The notes under the pieces are model-generated. The model saw only the letters and a list, made by a program, of their open reading frames with translations, ran no database searches and had not been told where the DNA came from. Made by a program: the position numbers and the translations under genes. Shown here in pieces: positions 1 to 9,665 of a stretch of DNA of 64,000 nucleotides. Source of the DNA: an uncultured delta proteobacterium (lineage in GTDB: Bacteria; Myxococcota_A; Polyangia; Fen-1088). The stretch's first letter is position 1. Every line of letters starts with the position of its first letter. The stretch spans positions 192,001 through 256,000 of the forward strand of contig CAVYGB010000009.1 in the NCBI GenBank assembly GCA_963767925.1, written 5' to 3'.

Positions 1-190
1 CGTCGACCGCCAGCTCGGTCCGGTTGATGTCCCGATCGGCCTCGATCATGCGCTGGGCCAGCCCGATCTCGCGATCCTCGAGCGCCCGGTGGGCCCCCCC
101 GAGGATGGCCTCGAGCTGGCTGCTCATGTGCGTCACCAGGTCGGAGATCCGCTCGAGCTCCGCGTCGAATTCTCTGTCGATGTGTTTCAT
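1..190 (-). CDS. phoU: Phosphate signalling complex protein PhoU, 5' part; runs off window edge
   Basis: Manual translation from ATG at 190: MKHIDREFDAELERISDLVTHMSSQLEAILGGAHRALEDREIGLAQRMIEADRDINRTELAVD, typical PhoU first repeat. Confidence 0.8.
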   Translation of the reverse strand, partial: MKHIDREFDAELERISDLVTHMSSQLEAILGGAHRALEDREIGLAQRMIEADRDINRTELAVD

Positions 191-3100
191 CGGAGGTTGC
201 CCGCATCCTGCCCCCCCACCCGCGACGCCACGGAGACACCCCCGCCACATCTTGGTGACGCCTCCAGGTCACCAAAGTGTCCCTCTCCCCCTCCACCCCC
301 ACCCGCCCCCTCGCCACACCGCCCCTCCCGTGCACCTTGCTGCTCGATCCCAGGGCCCTCGCTGACGTCGCGCCGATCCTCGCCACAGCAAGCGGGTCCG
401 CTGGGGCCGAGCGGGGCGGCCGGTCGGGGGCGGCGCCAGCGCCGGAGGCAGCGGGCGAGCGCGAGGGCCAGGGCGGACGCGATCGGGGCGAGCGAGCCGG
501 TGGGGGCCGAGGGGCCGCCGAGCTGGCAGCCGCAGCCGCCGTCGCTGGCCGGGACGGCGCTGTCGCCGTCGGGGGGCAAGTCTTTCGACGTGTCGGGGGC
601 GGCGTCGGGCCTGGGCCAGGCGTCGGGGGCGGGGTGGCCCGGGATCCGGTCGGCCCCCGCGTCGGGCAGGTCGGCGCCACCCGCGGTCGCCGGCGCGCAC
701 GGAGACTCGGTGACGAACGGCAAGGGGGCGTCCGGCGATGGGGGCGTGTCGCCCGCGTCGCCGGCGACGGCGTCCCCTGCGTCGGCGCGGCTGTCGTTCC
801 CGCTGGCGTCGGTGACGCCCGCGCCGTCCCCGTTCCCGTCCCATCCACCGACGTCGGGGGTCGCGGCTCCGTCCGGGGCCTCACCATCGGCGGCCGCGTC
901 CCGGTCGACCGGGGCCGGGTCGAGGTCGAGGTGGACGGTCACGGCCCCGGCGACTCCCAGCTCCAGGAAATACTCGCCCACCCCGTGCGGTTCGGGCGCC
1001 ACCGCGCTCGTCGCGACCGTGGCCCGGGGCGCCCGGGGCGCGCCGAGGCAGAGGCAATCGGTGGTCCGGCCGGCGGCCAGGTCGACGCTGGCGGTCCGGC
1101 CGGTCCCCCGCACGGCCAGGATGCGCCGCTGCGAGCCGGTGATGGCGAGGTCGGGAGGACCCGGCAGCGGGCTCACCTCGAAGCCCGGGGCGGGTGAGCC
1201 GAACACGAGCCGGCCGCAGGTCTCGTCCCCGGACGGGGCGTACTGGTCGGCGCCGAGCACCACGTGGCCGGGCGGGGGCACGAGACAGAACCGCGTGAAC
1301 AACCCCGGGCTGGCCAGATCGATCCGCAGGGACCCCGGGCCGGTGGTCAAGGTGGCGAGGGCCTTCGACAGGTAGGTCACCCGGGGGATCGCCGCGGCGC
1401 CGTCTCCGGTCGCGGCCACCACGGTCAACGCCGCCTCCGCGGCGGGCGGCAAGATAATGGTATCGGCGCTGAAGGCGGGGTGGCGGGCGCCGTTCACCGT
1501 CACCTCGACGATCGGTCTGGTCGTGTGGAGGCGCAGGCCCATGCCCGCCAGGTGCACCCGCTGCTCGCTGGTGAGCCGCGACAGGTCCAGCGCGGTCGTC
1601 ACCACCCCGGCGCTGGTCTGCGCGGAGAGGGACGTGCGCTGGGCCAGGTGGATCTTGGCGGTCAGCTCGCCGATGCCGGGCGCGTAGACGCGCTCGCGGG
1701 CGAAGTGCGCGCGGGTGTCCGCGAAGAAGGTCGCCAGCGGCTGATCGATGGGGCGGCGGTGGGGAGGCGCGTTGTGGAGGGCGTAGTCGTGCCACATCTG
1801 GCTGTAGAGGGCGCCGCGCCCGACGCGTTCCTGGTAGTAGCGCAGGAGCTGGCGCTGGTAGGTCGTCGCTTCGGAGACGCGGTAGTCCCAGTCCGGCTCG
1901 TAGAACCACAGGTAGTCGGGGACCGGGCTGTCGCCCAGCAGCGCCACCGGCGCGGTGCCCGCGGGGAGATCGAACGCCGATACCCCGGAGGTGTAAGGAA
2001 CCCGCGTCTCGAAGCCGTGGGTGAAGAAGGTGTCGATGCCCTTGAAGAACCGGCGGTAGTCGACCCAGTCGATCCCGATGCCCGGGTTGATGAACACCTT
2101 CACCGGGGGCGAGGACGGGGACGCGCGATGGCTCCGGAAGTGGCTCTGGACGATCGCCACCGACTGCCCGACCTCCACGTCCCAGGCGGGATCGCTCAGC
2201 TCGACGCTCATGTTGTAGGGGTGGTTGTGCGAGTGGGAGGCCAGCGCCCCGCCCAGGCGCTCGAGCTCGGGGGCCAGGGGCAGAAAGCCGGCCCACCGGG
2301 ACTCCTGGGCGAAGGCGCTGACGATGGCGTAGGCGGTGGTCACCCCGGTCTCGCGCCCCAGCCGCACCAGGTGATCGAGCGCGGCGGCGGTGGCGACCGG
2401 CGAGTCGCTGCGATCCGCGTCCAGGCGCACGACGGCGGTCATCGGCGCGTGCGAGAGCAGCAGCCCGACGCTGGGCCCGTCGGGTGAGAGCAGCCAGGTG
2501 GCGGCGTCGACGAGGCGGGGCAGCAGCAGGTTGTCGAAGAACCCGCGCGGCAGCTCGTTGCGGAAGGGGGTGGCCACGCCAGCGTCGTTGGCGTAGGTCG
2601 AGATGGCCAGCACCCGGCCCGGGCTGACGCCGCCGCCGCCATCCGGCCGGGTGGTGACCAGGTAGGGGAACGTCGCCGCCCCGTGCGCCACCTCCAGCAG
2701 GACGTGCGAATCAGGCTGGGACCCATCGGCCAGCCGCACGATCTCGATCCCGCTGGCCAGCCCCTGGGTCAACACGGTCCCGGCGGCCCAGCCCGGCCGC
2801 GACGCCAGCGGGTGCGCCCCGGCGCCGGCGCGCACCACCCAGTCGGTCACGTTCTGCCATCCGACCGCCAGCAGGTTCAAGATGGGGGCGGTGTCCGCCG
2901 AGCCGCGGTACACCAGCGCGCTCGACCCGGCCGCCGGTGGCCCGAAGCTCCCGAGGGGACCGTCGAGCAGCACCGACCCGCTCAGCGCCAGGTGCGCCCG
3001 GAGAAAGGCGGCCAGGGCCGGCATGGTCGCGCTCTGCAGGACCATGCAGGTGCTGAACCAGACGCTGCTGTAGGTGCCGGCCGGCCGGGCCAGCAGCTCG

Positions 3101-3324
3101 TCCAGCATCACGGTCTCGTAGGGCGTCCCCACCAGCCCGGCCAGCCCGACCAGCGCCTGGCTGCTCATCTGGGCGTACCGCCGCATGTCCCGCACGTCAT
3201 AGGTGTCGCGGCACAGGACCACCGCGACCTTCGGGGCGTATTCGGCCTCGACCCGGGGTGCGGACAGCACCAGCGACAGGGCAAGGGCGGCCGACACGGC
3301 AAGGCCCAGCGGGCGATGTCGCAT
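187..3324 (-). CDS. Secreted, MYXO-CTERM-anchored protein with polysaccharide deacetylase (NodB/CE4-like) domain
   Basis: Signal peptide MRHRPLGLAVSAALALSLVLSAPRVEA; CE4-like motifs RLDAD, ASHSHNH, MWHDY; Asp/Ala/Gly/Pro stalk; DGGCGC-hydrophobic-RRWRR signal. Start chosen at ATG 3324. Confidence 0.65.
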   Translation of the reverse strand: MRHRPLGLAVSAALALSLVLSAPRVEAEYAPKVAVVLCRDTYDVRDMRRYAQMSSQALVGLAGLVGTPYETVMLDELLARPAGTYSSVWFSTCMVLQSATMPALAAFLRAHLALSGSVLLDGPLGSFGPPAAGSSALVYRGSADTAPILNLLAVGWQNVTDWVVRAGAGAHPLASRPGWAAGTVLTQGLASGIEIVRLADGSQPDSHVLLEVAHGAATFPYLVTTRPDGGGGVSPGRVLAISTYANDAGVATPFRNELPRGFFDNLLLPRLVDAATWLLSPDGPSVGLLLSHAPMTAVVRLDADRSDSPVATAAALDHLVRLGRETGVTTAYAIVSAFAQESRWAGFLPLAPELERLGGALASHSHNHPYNMSVELSDPAWDVEVGQSVAIVQSHFRSHRASPSSPPVKVFINPGIGIDWVDYRRFFKGIDTFFTHGFETRVPYTSGVSAFDLPAGTAPVALLGDSPVPDYLWFYEPDWDYRVSEATTYQRQLLRYYQERVGRGALYSQMWHDYALHNAPPHRRPIDQPLATFFADTRAHFARERVYAPGIGELTAKIHLAQRTSLSAQTSAGVVTTALDLSRLTSEQRVHLAGMGLRLHTTRPIVEVTVNGARHPAFSADTIILPPAAEAALTVVAATGDGAAAIPRVTYLSKALATLTTGPGSLRIDLASPGLFTRFCLVPPPGHVVLGADQYAPSGDETCGRLVFGSPAPGFEVSPLPGPPDLAITGSQRRILAVRGTGRTASVDLAAGRTTDCLCLGAPRAPRATVATSAVAPEPHGVGEYFLELGVAGAVTVHLDLDPAPVDRDAAADGEAPDGAATPDVGGWDGNGDGAGVTDASGNDSRADAGDAVAGDAGDTPPSPDAPLPFVTESPCAPATAGGADLPDAGADRIPGHPAPDAWPRPDAAPDTSKDLPPDGDSAVPASDGGCGCQLGGPSAPTGSLAPIASALALALARCLRRWRRPRPAAPLGPSGPACCGEDRRDVSEGPGIEQQGAREGRCGEGAGGGGGGEGHFGDLEASPRCGGGVSVASRVGGQDAGNLR

Positions 3325-4016
3325 GGGGAAACCAACGGCAGGTGCGCCGCGAATCTCGAGTACCCACCCCTCCGACCCCCCCCGCTGCAGCAGGCCCCTC
3401 TCCCACCCGTGCAGAAGAGCGACGACACCGAAGTCGCCGCCCCGCCTCATCTCCTCCTCTCTCTTCACTGCATCGAGGACGCGGTGAAGCGGGCGACCTT
3501 TCCGGCCGGCAGAGGCCGGATGTTCGACTGGGGCGGGGTGTCGGCGTCCCAAGAAAAAATCGAAGCAAGCCTCACCGAGAAAACAGCCCTCGATCTCCAG
3601 AACGAGGCGCTCTCATTGTCCACGTCCACCGCCCACGGCGATCGCCCGCGATCTTCCCGGTTAGGTGTTCGTGTCGTTCAATCGACCGGGATTTGCTGCT
3701 TCAACGGGCAACGATAATGATGAAATTCATTTTCTTAATCACATTGGCGGCGGGTTTGCCAATCACCGGGAGACGTCGCTGTGGGATCGAGCACCCGTGG
3801 ACGCCGAGATTGTCCCTATGGCCTACCGATCGTTGTGGGCTTTTCCCTGATTTGCGGCCCGGCCGGCAGGGATCCATGGGGCTTTCCAGCGTGGGTAAAA
3901 CGTTGGTCTGGACGGGGGCCGGCGATCGGCTCGATAATAGCCTCGCTTTGTGGGGTCCCTAATCAGCCAACGTTGGCCCCGCTCCGGCAGGGCCAATCCA
4001 GCTACGGAGGCAGCTC

Positions 4017-5846
4017 ATGTTCCCACGGCTCCTTGTGCTCACCGTCGGATCGATCGCTTGTTTGTCGTCCGTCGGGACGCCGGCTTTTGCCAGACCGTCT
4101 CGGGTGAACCAGATACCGAATGGATCCATCCGCGGGTGCTTGAACTGCCACGTCAGCCCCGAGGCGGGTGGCCCGCGCAACCCCTTCGGTCAGCAGATCG
4201 AATTCGGGTTCTTGAATCCACCCGGGCCCACCGGGGTCGTGGTCTGGGGCGCGTCGCTCGCCGGCCTCGATGCCGACGCCGACGGCGCGACCAACGGCGC
4301 CGAGCTTCAGGATCCAACCGGCGCCTGGAGCGTCGGCCAGCCGCAGCCGGGGGACCCCGCGCTGGTCAGCAATCCGGGCTTCGCGGAGTCTGACCAGACC
4401 ACCTTCGCCCCGATCGCCCCCCTCAGCGGTGTTTCGCTCAGGCTGAGGCTGATCGCCGACGGGCTGAACGCCCCGCTGGAGGCGAAGATGGCGCCGGGCG
4501 AGCCCGGACGCTTCTATGTGGTGAGCCAGGGCGGGCAGGTGACGGCCGTCGATCGACGCACGGCCGCGAAGACGCCGTTCGTCGACGCGGGCAACCGCCT
4601 GGTTCCGGTGGGCATCCTGGGGCCGGGGAGCTTCGACGAGCGCGGGCTGCTGGGGCTGGCGTTCCATCCCCGCTACCGGACGAACGGAAAGTTCTACCTC
4701 TACACCTCCGAACCGGTCGCGGGCGCGCCGACCTTCCCGACCACCTTGCCGGCCGGGGCCACCGCCGACCACCAGAACGTGGTCTCGGAGTGGCGGGCCA
4801 ACTCCCCGGGCGACCCGGCGGCGGGCGCGACCTTCGTCAAGGAGCTGATGCGCATCGACTGGCCGCAGTTCAACCACAACGCCGGTGATCTGGAGTTCGG
4901 CCCCGACGGCAAGCTCTACATCGCGACGGGCGACGGCGGCGGCTCCGACGACCAGGACGGTGACCAGAGCATCAACCCGCCCCCGGGTGTGATCGGCCAC
5001 CCCAATGGTGGCAACGCCCAGAACCTGAACGTCGTGCTGGGGAAGATCCTCCGGGTCGACGTCGACGGGAACCCGCCGAACGGGCGCTACCGCATCCCGA
5101 CGGACAACCCCTTCGTCGGTGTGCCCGGCGCGGCCGGCGAGGTGTGGGCCTACGGCCTGCGCAACCCCTTCCGCATGTCGTTCGACAGCGAGACCGGGCA
5201 CCTGTTCGCCGGCGACGTGGGCCAGAACGACATCGAGGAGGTCGACTTCATCGTCAAGGGGGGCAACTACGGCTGGAACAAGAAGGAGGGCACCCTGTGC
5301 TTCTTCCTCAACGGGATCTTGCCCGGGTTCGCTTCGCTGACCTGCCCGCCCGGGGTGCCCAGCGGGCTGATCGACCCCATCGCTCAGTTCGATACGCGCA
5401 TCGAGGGGTTCTCGGTGATCGGCGGCTTCGTCTACCGGGGCAACCGCTTCAAGGAGCTCAAGGGCCGGTACGTCTTCGGTGACTACTCGCGCATCTTCAG
5501 CTTCCCCAACGGTCCCGACAACTACGGCCGCCTCCTGTACCTGGAGGAGAAGAACCTCAGCGTGCCCGGGCTGAAGACCATCAAGGAGTTCAAGGGGCTG
5601 GCCGACGAGGCCACCCGGATCGGGCTGACGGACACCACCCGGCCGCCGCAGGCGTTTCCCCAGACCCTCTCGCTGATGGGGTGGGCCGAGGACCGCCAGG
5701 GCAACCTCTTCGCCCTCGGCAGCCGGAGCGGGCGCACCTTCGACCTGGAAGGTAATCGGCGCCAGGACGGCTTCATCGTCCTGCTCCGCCCGGACGACGG
5801 CGACGACGGCGACGAGCTGGAAGACGGCGACTGCTCGAAGGACTGA
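4017..5846 (+). CDS. PQQ-dependent glucose/sorbosone dehydrogenase-family protein with N-terminal temptin-like CxxCH domain
   Basis: ERGLLGLAFHP, NHNAGDLEFGPDGKLYIATGDGG, GKILRVDV, AYGLRNPFRMSFD, GGNYGW; signal peptide; CLNCH; GGAGG RBS. Confidence 0.85.
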   Translation: MFPRLLVLTVGSIACLSSVGTPAFARPSRVNQIPNGSIRGCLNCHVSPEAGGPRNPFGQQIEFGFLNPPGPTGVVVWGASLAGLDADADGATNGAELQDPTGAWSVGQPQPGDPALVSNPGFAESDQTTFAPIAPLSGVSLRLRLIADGLNAPLEAKMAPGEPGRFYVVSQGGQVTAVDRRTAAKTPFVDAGNRLVPVGILGPGSFDERGLLGLAFHPRYRTNGKFYLYTSEPVAGAPTFPTTLPAGATADHQNVVSEWRANSPGDPAAGATFVKELMRIDWPQFNHNAGDLEFGPDGKLYIATGDGGGSDDQDGDQSINPPPGVIGHPNGGNAQNLNVVLGKILRVDVDGNPPNGRYRIPTDNPFVGVPGAAGEVWAYGLRNPFRMSFDSETGHLFAGDVGQNDIEEVDFIVKGGNYGWNKKEGTLCFFLNGILPGFASLTCPPGVPSGLIDPIAQFDTRIEGFSVIGGFVYRGNRFKELKGRYVFGDYSRIFSFPNGPDNYGRLLYLEEKNLSVPGLKTIKEFKGLADEATRIGLTDTTRPPQAFPQTLSLMGWAEDRQGNLFALGSRSGRTFDLEGNRRQDGFIVLLRPDDGDDGDELEDGDCSKD

Positions 5847-5867
5847 GCGGCCCGCCCGACCAGGCCA

Positions 5868-6030
5868 CCCCCCTCACCCTCCCCTCTCCCCACGGCAGAC
5901 CGCGGGGAGAGGGCAAACGGGCAACGGGTAGCCCAACCACGGCGGATCTGCCCATGATGTGATCACCGCTCGCATGAGGATTGTTCGCCCTCGCCCCGCG
6001 GCAGCGGGGAGAGGGCGGGGAGAGGGGGCT
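5868..6030. repeat. Inverted pair of REP-like palindromic repeats between convergent genes
   Basis: CCCTCACCCTCCCCTCTCCCC...GGGGAGAGGG followed by GTTCGCCCTCGCCCCGCGGCAGCGGGGAGAGGG; similar copies at 35621 and 43488. Confidence 0.7.
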
Positions 6031-6035
6031 GGGCG

Positions 6036-6749
6036 TCAGCCGACCAGGGCGAGCTTGAAGTCGGAGGTGGTGAAGGCGCCGGTGAGGACGGCGTGGGGGG
6101 CGCCGACGGTCATCGTCGCGGTGGCGTCCAGCAGGTCGAAGCGGCTGAGCGTTGTCGACATCAGGATGCGGCGCACGCCCGGTTGTTTGCTCGCGAGGTG
6201 CTTGAGGAGCTCGCGACCGTCGTCGGCGCCGAGGTAGAGGTTCACGATCGCGGTCCGGACCCGGGCGGCGATTTCCAGCACCTGGATCGCGTCCATGACC
6301 GAGGTCACCGCGAAAGAGGCGAACCCACAGCGCTGCGCCCGCTCGCGCAGGTTGCGGCAGGTCTGCTCGCTTCGATCCACGAAGACCACGTAGGCCTTTC
6401 GCATCTCTTCCAGCGCGGCCGCCACGACGGTCTGGATCGCCTGCTGATCACCTGCGGCCACGCCCAGGAAGACCACCGCGAAGACGGTCCGGTCGTGCTG
6501 GCGCCCCTCCCGGATCACCAGGGCGGGCGTCCGGATGAGCTCGCCGGTCGGGAGGGAGAAGGTCAGGGTCATCTCCTCACCCACCTCGACGGGACGGGCG
6601 CCCAGGAACAACGCGCCGTTCGCCGAGATGTTGACGGCCCGAAACTGCCCCAGCTTCGAACCGTCCCTGACCGCCGCCGCGCTGACCGCGATGGGGGCCC
6701 GTTCGTGCTGTCGCCTCTGATCGCTGACGGATTCGCCGAGCACCTTCAC
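6036..6749 (-). CDS. PilZ domain protein with C-terminal atypical receiver-like domain
   Basis: QRRQHERAP (RxxxR) and NISANG (D/NxSxxG) PilZ motifs; REC-like C-terminus with IVNLYLG in place of phospho-Asp. Confidence 0.7.
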   Translation of the reverse strand: MKVLGESVSDQRRQHERAPIAVSAAAVRDGSKLGQFRAVNISANGALFLGARPVEVGEEMTLTFSLPTGELIRTPALVIREGRQHDRTVFAVVFLGVAAGDQQAIQTVVAAALEEMRKAYVVFVDRSEQTCRNLRERAQRCGFASFAVTSVMDAIQVLEIAARVRTAIVNLYLGADDGRELLKHLASKQPGVRRILMSTTLSRFDLLDATATMTVGAPHAVLTGAFTTSDFKLALVG

Positions 6750-6938
6750 CTCAGGAAACGTTTTCTCTCAGCATGCATGGAGCCTGAACAAAGGCGACGG
6801 TGCCGCCCCACCGGCACCCCACCAATACAGGTTCTCCCCGAGGCGTGCGGCGTGTAGCGGAAGACCACACCTGCCGGTACGCCCACCTGTCCGCGTCGCT
6901 CCCGTGCACATTCGGCGCGTGGCTCAGGGGGCCGGCGA

Positions 6939-8033
6939 TCAGGGGACGGCGCCCAGGCGAGGGAAGACCGCCGTGAAGGTGGTGCCCGCCTCCAGCGACG
7001 ATCGCACGGAGGCGCGGCCACCGTGGGCCCTGGCGATCTCGTTCACGATGTAGAGGCCGAGGCCGACGCTGCGGGCCGGGTTGGCGTCCAGGGCACCGCG
7101 GGTCATGGGCTGAAACAGGCCCGGCTGAGCCTCGGGCGGGATCGGCGGGCCGAGGTTGTGAACCTCGACGGAGAAGGCGTCGGGCTCGACGCGCGAGCGC
7201 ACCGTCACCAACTCGCCGGGCTGGCCGTATGCGACGGCGTTGGACACCAGGTTGCCGATGAGCTGGGCCAGGCGGTTGCTATCCGCCGAGCAGAGGCCGC
7301 TGCCCGCGCGGACGTGTCGCAGGAGGCCGGGGTGGGAGAGGGCCAGCTCCTCGACGGCCTCCCCGACGGCCTCGTGCAGGTCGATCGGGGCGAGCGCGAT
7401 CTGGAGGCCCTTGCCGAGGCGGGCCTGGGTGAAGTCGAGCAGGTCGGCGATGAGGTGGGTGGCCCGCTCGGTGGAGCGGGTGATCCGGCTCAGCGTGCGC
7501 TGGTGGCTGGCGCTGAGATCCCCCCGAGCCAGCAGGGCCGCTCCCATCTGGATGCTCGAGAGCGGGTTGCGCAGATCGTGGCTCACGATCCCGACCATCT
7601 GCTCGGCGAAGACGGCGCGGTCCTTGGCCTCCGCCTGCAGCCGGGTGGCCTCGGCTACCAGCTCCTCGAGCCGCTTGCGCGAGAGCACCAGCTCCCGCTC
7701 GTATTTGTCGCGGTCCCGGGCGATGAAGGCGGCGATCTCGCAGACCCGGGCGCCCTGGTGCTCGCGGAGGAGGGCGTTGAACACGACGGGGATGGTGGTG
7801 CCGTCGCGGTGGAGCAGCTCGAGCTTCACCTCGGAGACGGAGCCTTGCATCTGCAGCAGGGGCGCCCAGTGCGTCTGATGGAAGATGCGCCCGCCCATGG
7901 TGAGCAGGTCCTGGAACCGGCGCTTCCCCACCAGCGCGTCGGCCGGCCGATCGATCCAGTTGCAGAACAGGCGGTTGACCCGGAGGATGGTCCCGTCGGC
8001 GGCGGTCTGGAGCAGGCCGCAGGGCGACGCCAT
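6939..8033 (-). CDS. PAS-domain sensor histidine kinase (RsbP-like PAS)
   Basis: DLLTMGGRIFHQTHWAPLL PAS; SHDLRNPL H-box; NLVSNA, GLGLYIV boxes; true start may lie slightly upstream. Confidence 0.85.
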   Translation of the reverse strand: MASPCGLLQTAADGTILRVNRLFCNWIDRPADALVGKRRFQDLLTMGGRIFHQTHWAPLLQMQGSVSEVKLELLHRDGTTIPVVFNALLREHQGARVCEIAAFIARDRDKYERELVLSRKRLEELVAEATRLQAEAKDRAVFAEQMVGIVSHDLRNPLSSIQMGAALLARGDLSASHQRTLSRITRSTERATHLIADLLDFTQARLGKGLQIALAPIDLHEAVGEAVEELALSHPGLLRHVRAGSGLCSADSNRLAQLIGNLVSNAVAYGQPGELVTVRSRVEPDAFSVEVHNLGPPIPPEAQPGLFQPMTRGALDANPARSVGLGLYIVNEIARAHGGRASVRSSLEAGTTFTAVFPRLGAVP

Positions 8034-8084
8034 CGAGCACCTCGAGCTGCTCGGGCGACAGCGGGCCCGGCCCGGAGGAGCTGT

Positions 8085-8892
8085 TCAGAGCCCTTCCTTG
8101 CGCAAGAAAGCGTCGATCGCCGCCGAGCAGGCGCCGGGCGAGCTGAGGTGGGGGCAGTGGCCGACGTTGTCGATGACGCTGAGGGTGCTGTGGGGGAGCG
8201 CGCGCTCGAGGTAGTCGCCGACCGTGAGGGGCGCGATCATGTCGTCGTTGCACTGGACGATGAGGGTCGGCGTGCGCAACCTGGGCAGCTCGGCCCGATG
8301 GTCCGAGAGGAAGGTGGTCCGGGCGAAGCGCCGGGCGATCTCGGGGTCGGTCCGGCAAAAGCTGTTGATCAGCTCCTGCGCTCAGCTCCGGCTGGTCGGG
8401 CGCCCCCATGATGGCGGGGGCCATGTTGCTCGACCAGCCCAGGTAGTTGCTCTCCAGGGTGTCGAGCAGCGATTCGATGTCCTGGCGGGTGAAGCCCCCC
8501 ACGTAGTCCCCGTCGTTGATGTAACAGGGGGAGGGGCCAATCATGAGCTGCGCGCCGAAGCGGCCGGGCGCCTTGAGGTCGGCCAGCATCCCGATCATCG
8601 CGCTCACCGAGTGGCCCACGAAGAGGGCGGGGCCCTGCCCGAACTCCTCGACGATCTCCAGCACGTCGTCGGCGTAGCCCTGCAGGGAGTCGTATTTCTT
8701 CGGGTCGTAGGCCGAGAGGTCCGACGCCCCGCTGCCCACGAGATCGAACAGGACGGTGCGGTAGCGGCCGGCGTAGGCCGGGGCCAGCAGTCGCCACATG
8801 TTCTGGTCGCAGCCGAAGCCGTGGGCGAAGAACACGGTAGCTGGCCCGCTGCCGGCCACCCGAACGTTGTTGCGAGCCTGGACCGTTGTCAT
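8085..8892 (-). CDS. rsbQ: RsbQ-family alpha/beta hydrolase, one frameshift near 8378
   Basis: RNNVRV, AHGFGCDQNMW, GHSVSAMIG, GPSPCYIND; continues ELINSFCRTDPEIARRFA...GHCPHLS in next frame after an apparent 1-nt insertion. Confidence 0.8.
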
Positions 8893-8976
8893 CGGGGGCA
8901 AGATAACGCGAAAAGGCCAGCGCGAAAGCGCCATCCCGAAAAGACCAGGGGAAGAGCCGCCCCGACCGGCTGCGTC

Positions 8977-9462
8977 TCAGCGGGCGGTCTTGTCCTTTTG
9001 CCAGCGCTCGAGCTGGCCGCGGGCGGTCTGGCGGGCCCGGGCCATCTGGGCGTCGTGGTCGTCGCGCTTGGCGGTGAGCTCGATGACGTAGCCGCTGGGA
9101 TCGCGGAAGTAGATCGAGTCGATGAAGTCGTGGTCGGAGATGCCCCGGGGAGACATCCCGGCCTGCTTGCCCTTCTCGAACATTGCCAGCAGGTCGTCGC
9201 GGCTGACCTCGACGGCGATGTGCAGGTCGAAGTCGTGCTGCTCCTTGAAGTCGAAGGGGCGGTCGGGCGCCTCGAAGAACGCCAGGCAAGACCCGTCGTC
9301 CATCCCGTAAAACGAGTGCAAGGTGTGCGTGGGGCGTCCGCTCTTGGTCTCGGTGATCTCGAAGGCGTTGACCAGGGGCAGACCCAGGAAGTCCTCGTAG
9401 AACCGCCGCGTCTCCTCGGAGTCGCGGCAGCGGTAGGCGTTGTGGTGCAATCCCTTGATCAT
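8977..9462 (-). CDS. VOC/glyoxalase family protein
   Basis: LHHNAYRCRDSEETRRFYEDFLGL, LHIAVEV, SIYFRDPSGYVIEL. Confidence 0.85.
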   Translation of the reverse strand: MIKGLHHNAYRCRDSEETRRFYEDFLGLPLVNAFEITETKSGRPTHTLHSFYGMDDGSCLAFFEAPDRPFDFKEQHDFDLHIAVEVSRDDLLAMFEKGKQAGMSPRGISDHDFIDSIYFRDPSGYVIELTAKRDDHDAQMARARQTARGQLERWQKDKTAR

Positions 9463-9665
9463 GATCAGATCGCGTTGAAGGGTTGGGCCTTCACGGTCCA
9501 CGAGACGCCGGCTCGGCGCGCAGACGATCAGCGCGCGGGTGGCACCCAGCTCGCCCAGCCGACCGGCCAGGCGGGCCAGCCCCTGGCGGGCGACGATCCT
9601 CTCCCGGCTGTGCGCCCATCTCGGTCCGCATCATGGCAGGACTGGCCCGGCGACACCACCGGCGC

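Noticed and set aside
3553..4016. Riboswitch or ncRNA in AT-richer intergenic region
   Set aside because: No recognisable conserved motif; consistent with a divergent promoter region
9540..9554. sigma54-like TGGCACC-CAGC-TCGC
   Set aside because: On the plus strand, where no downstream gene is oriented to use it
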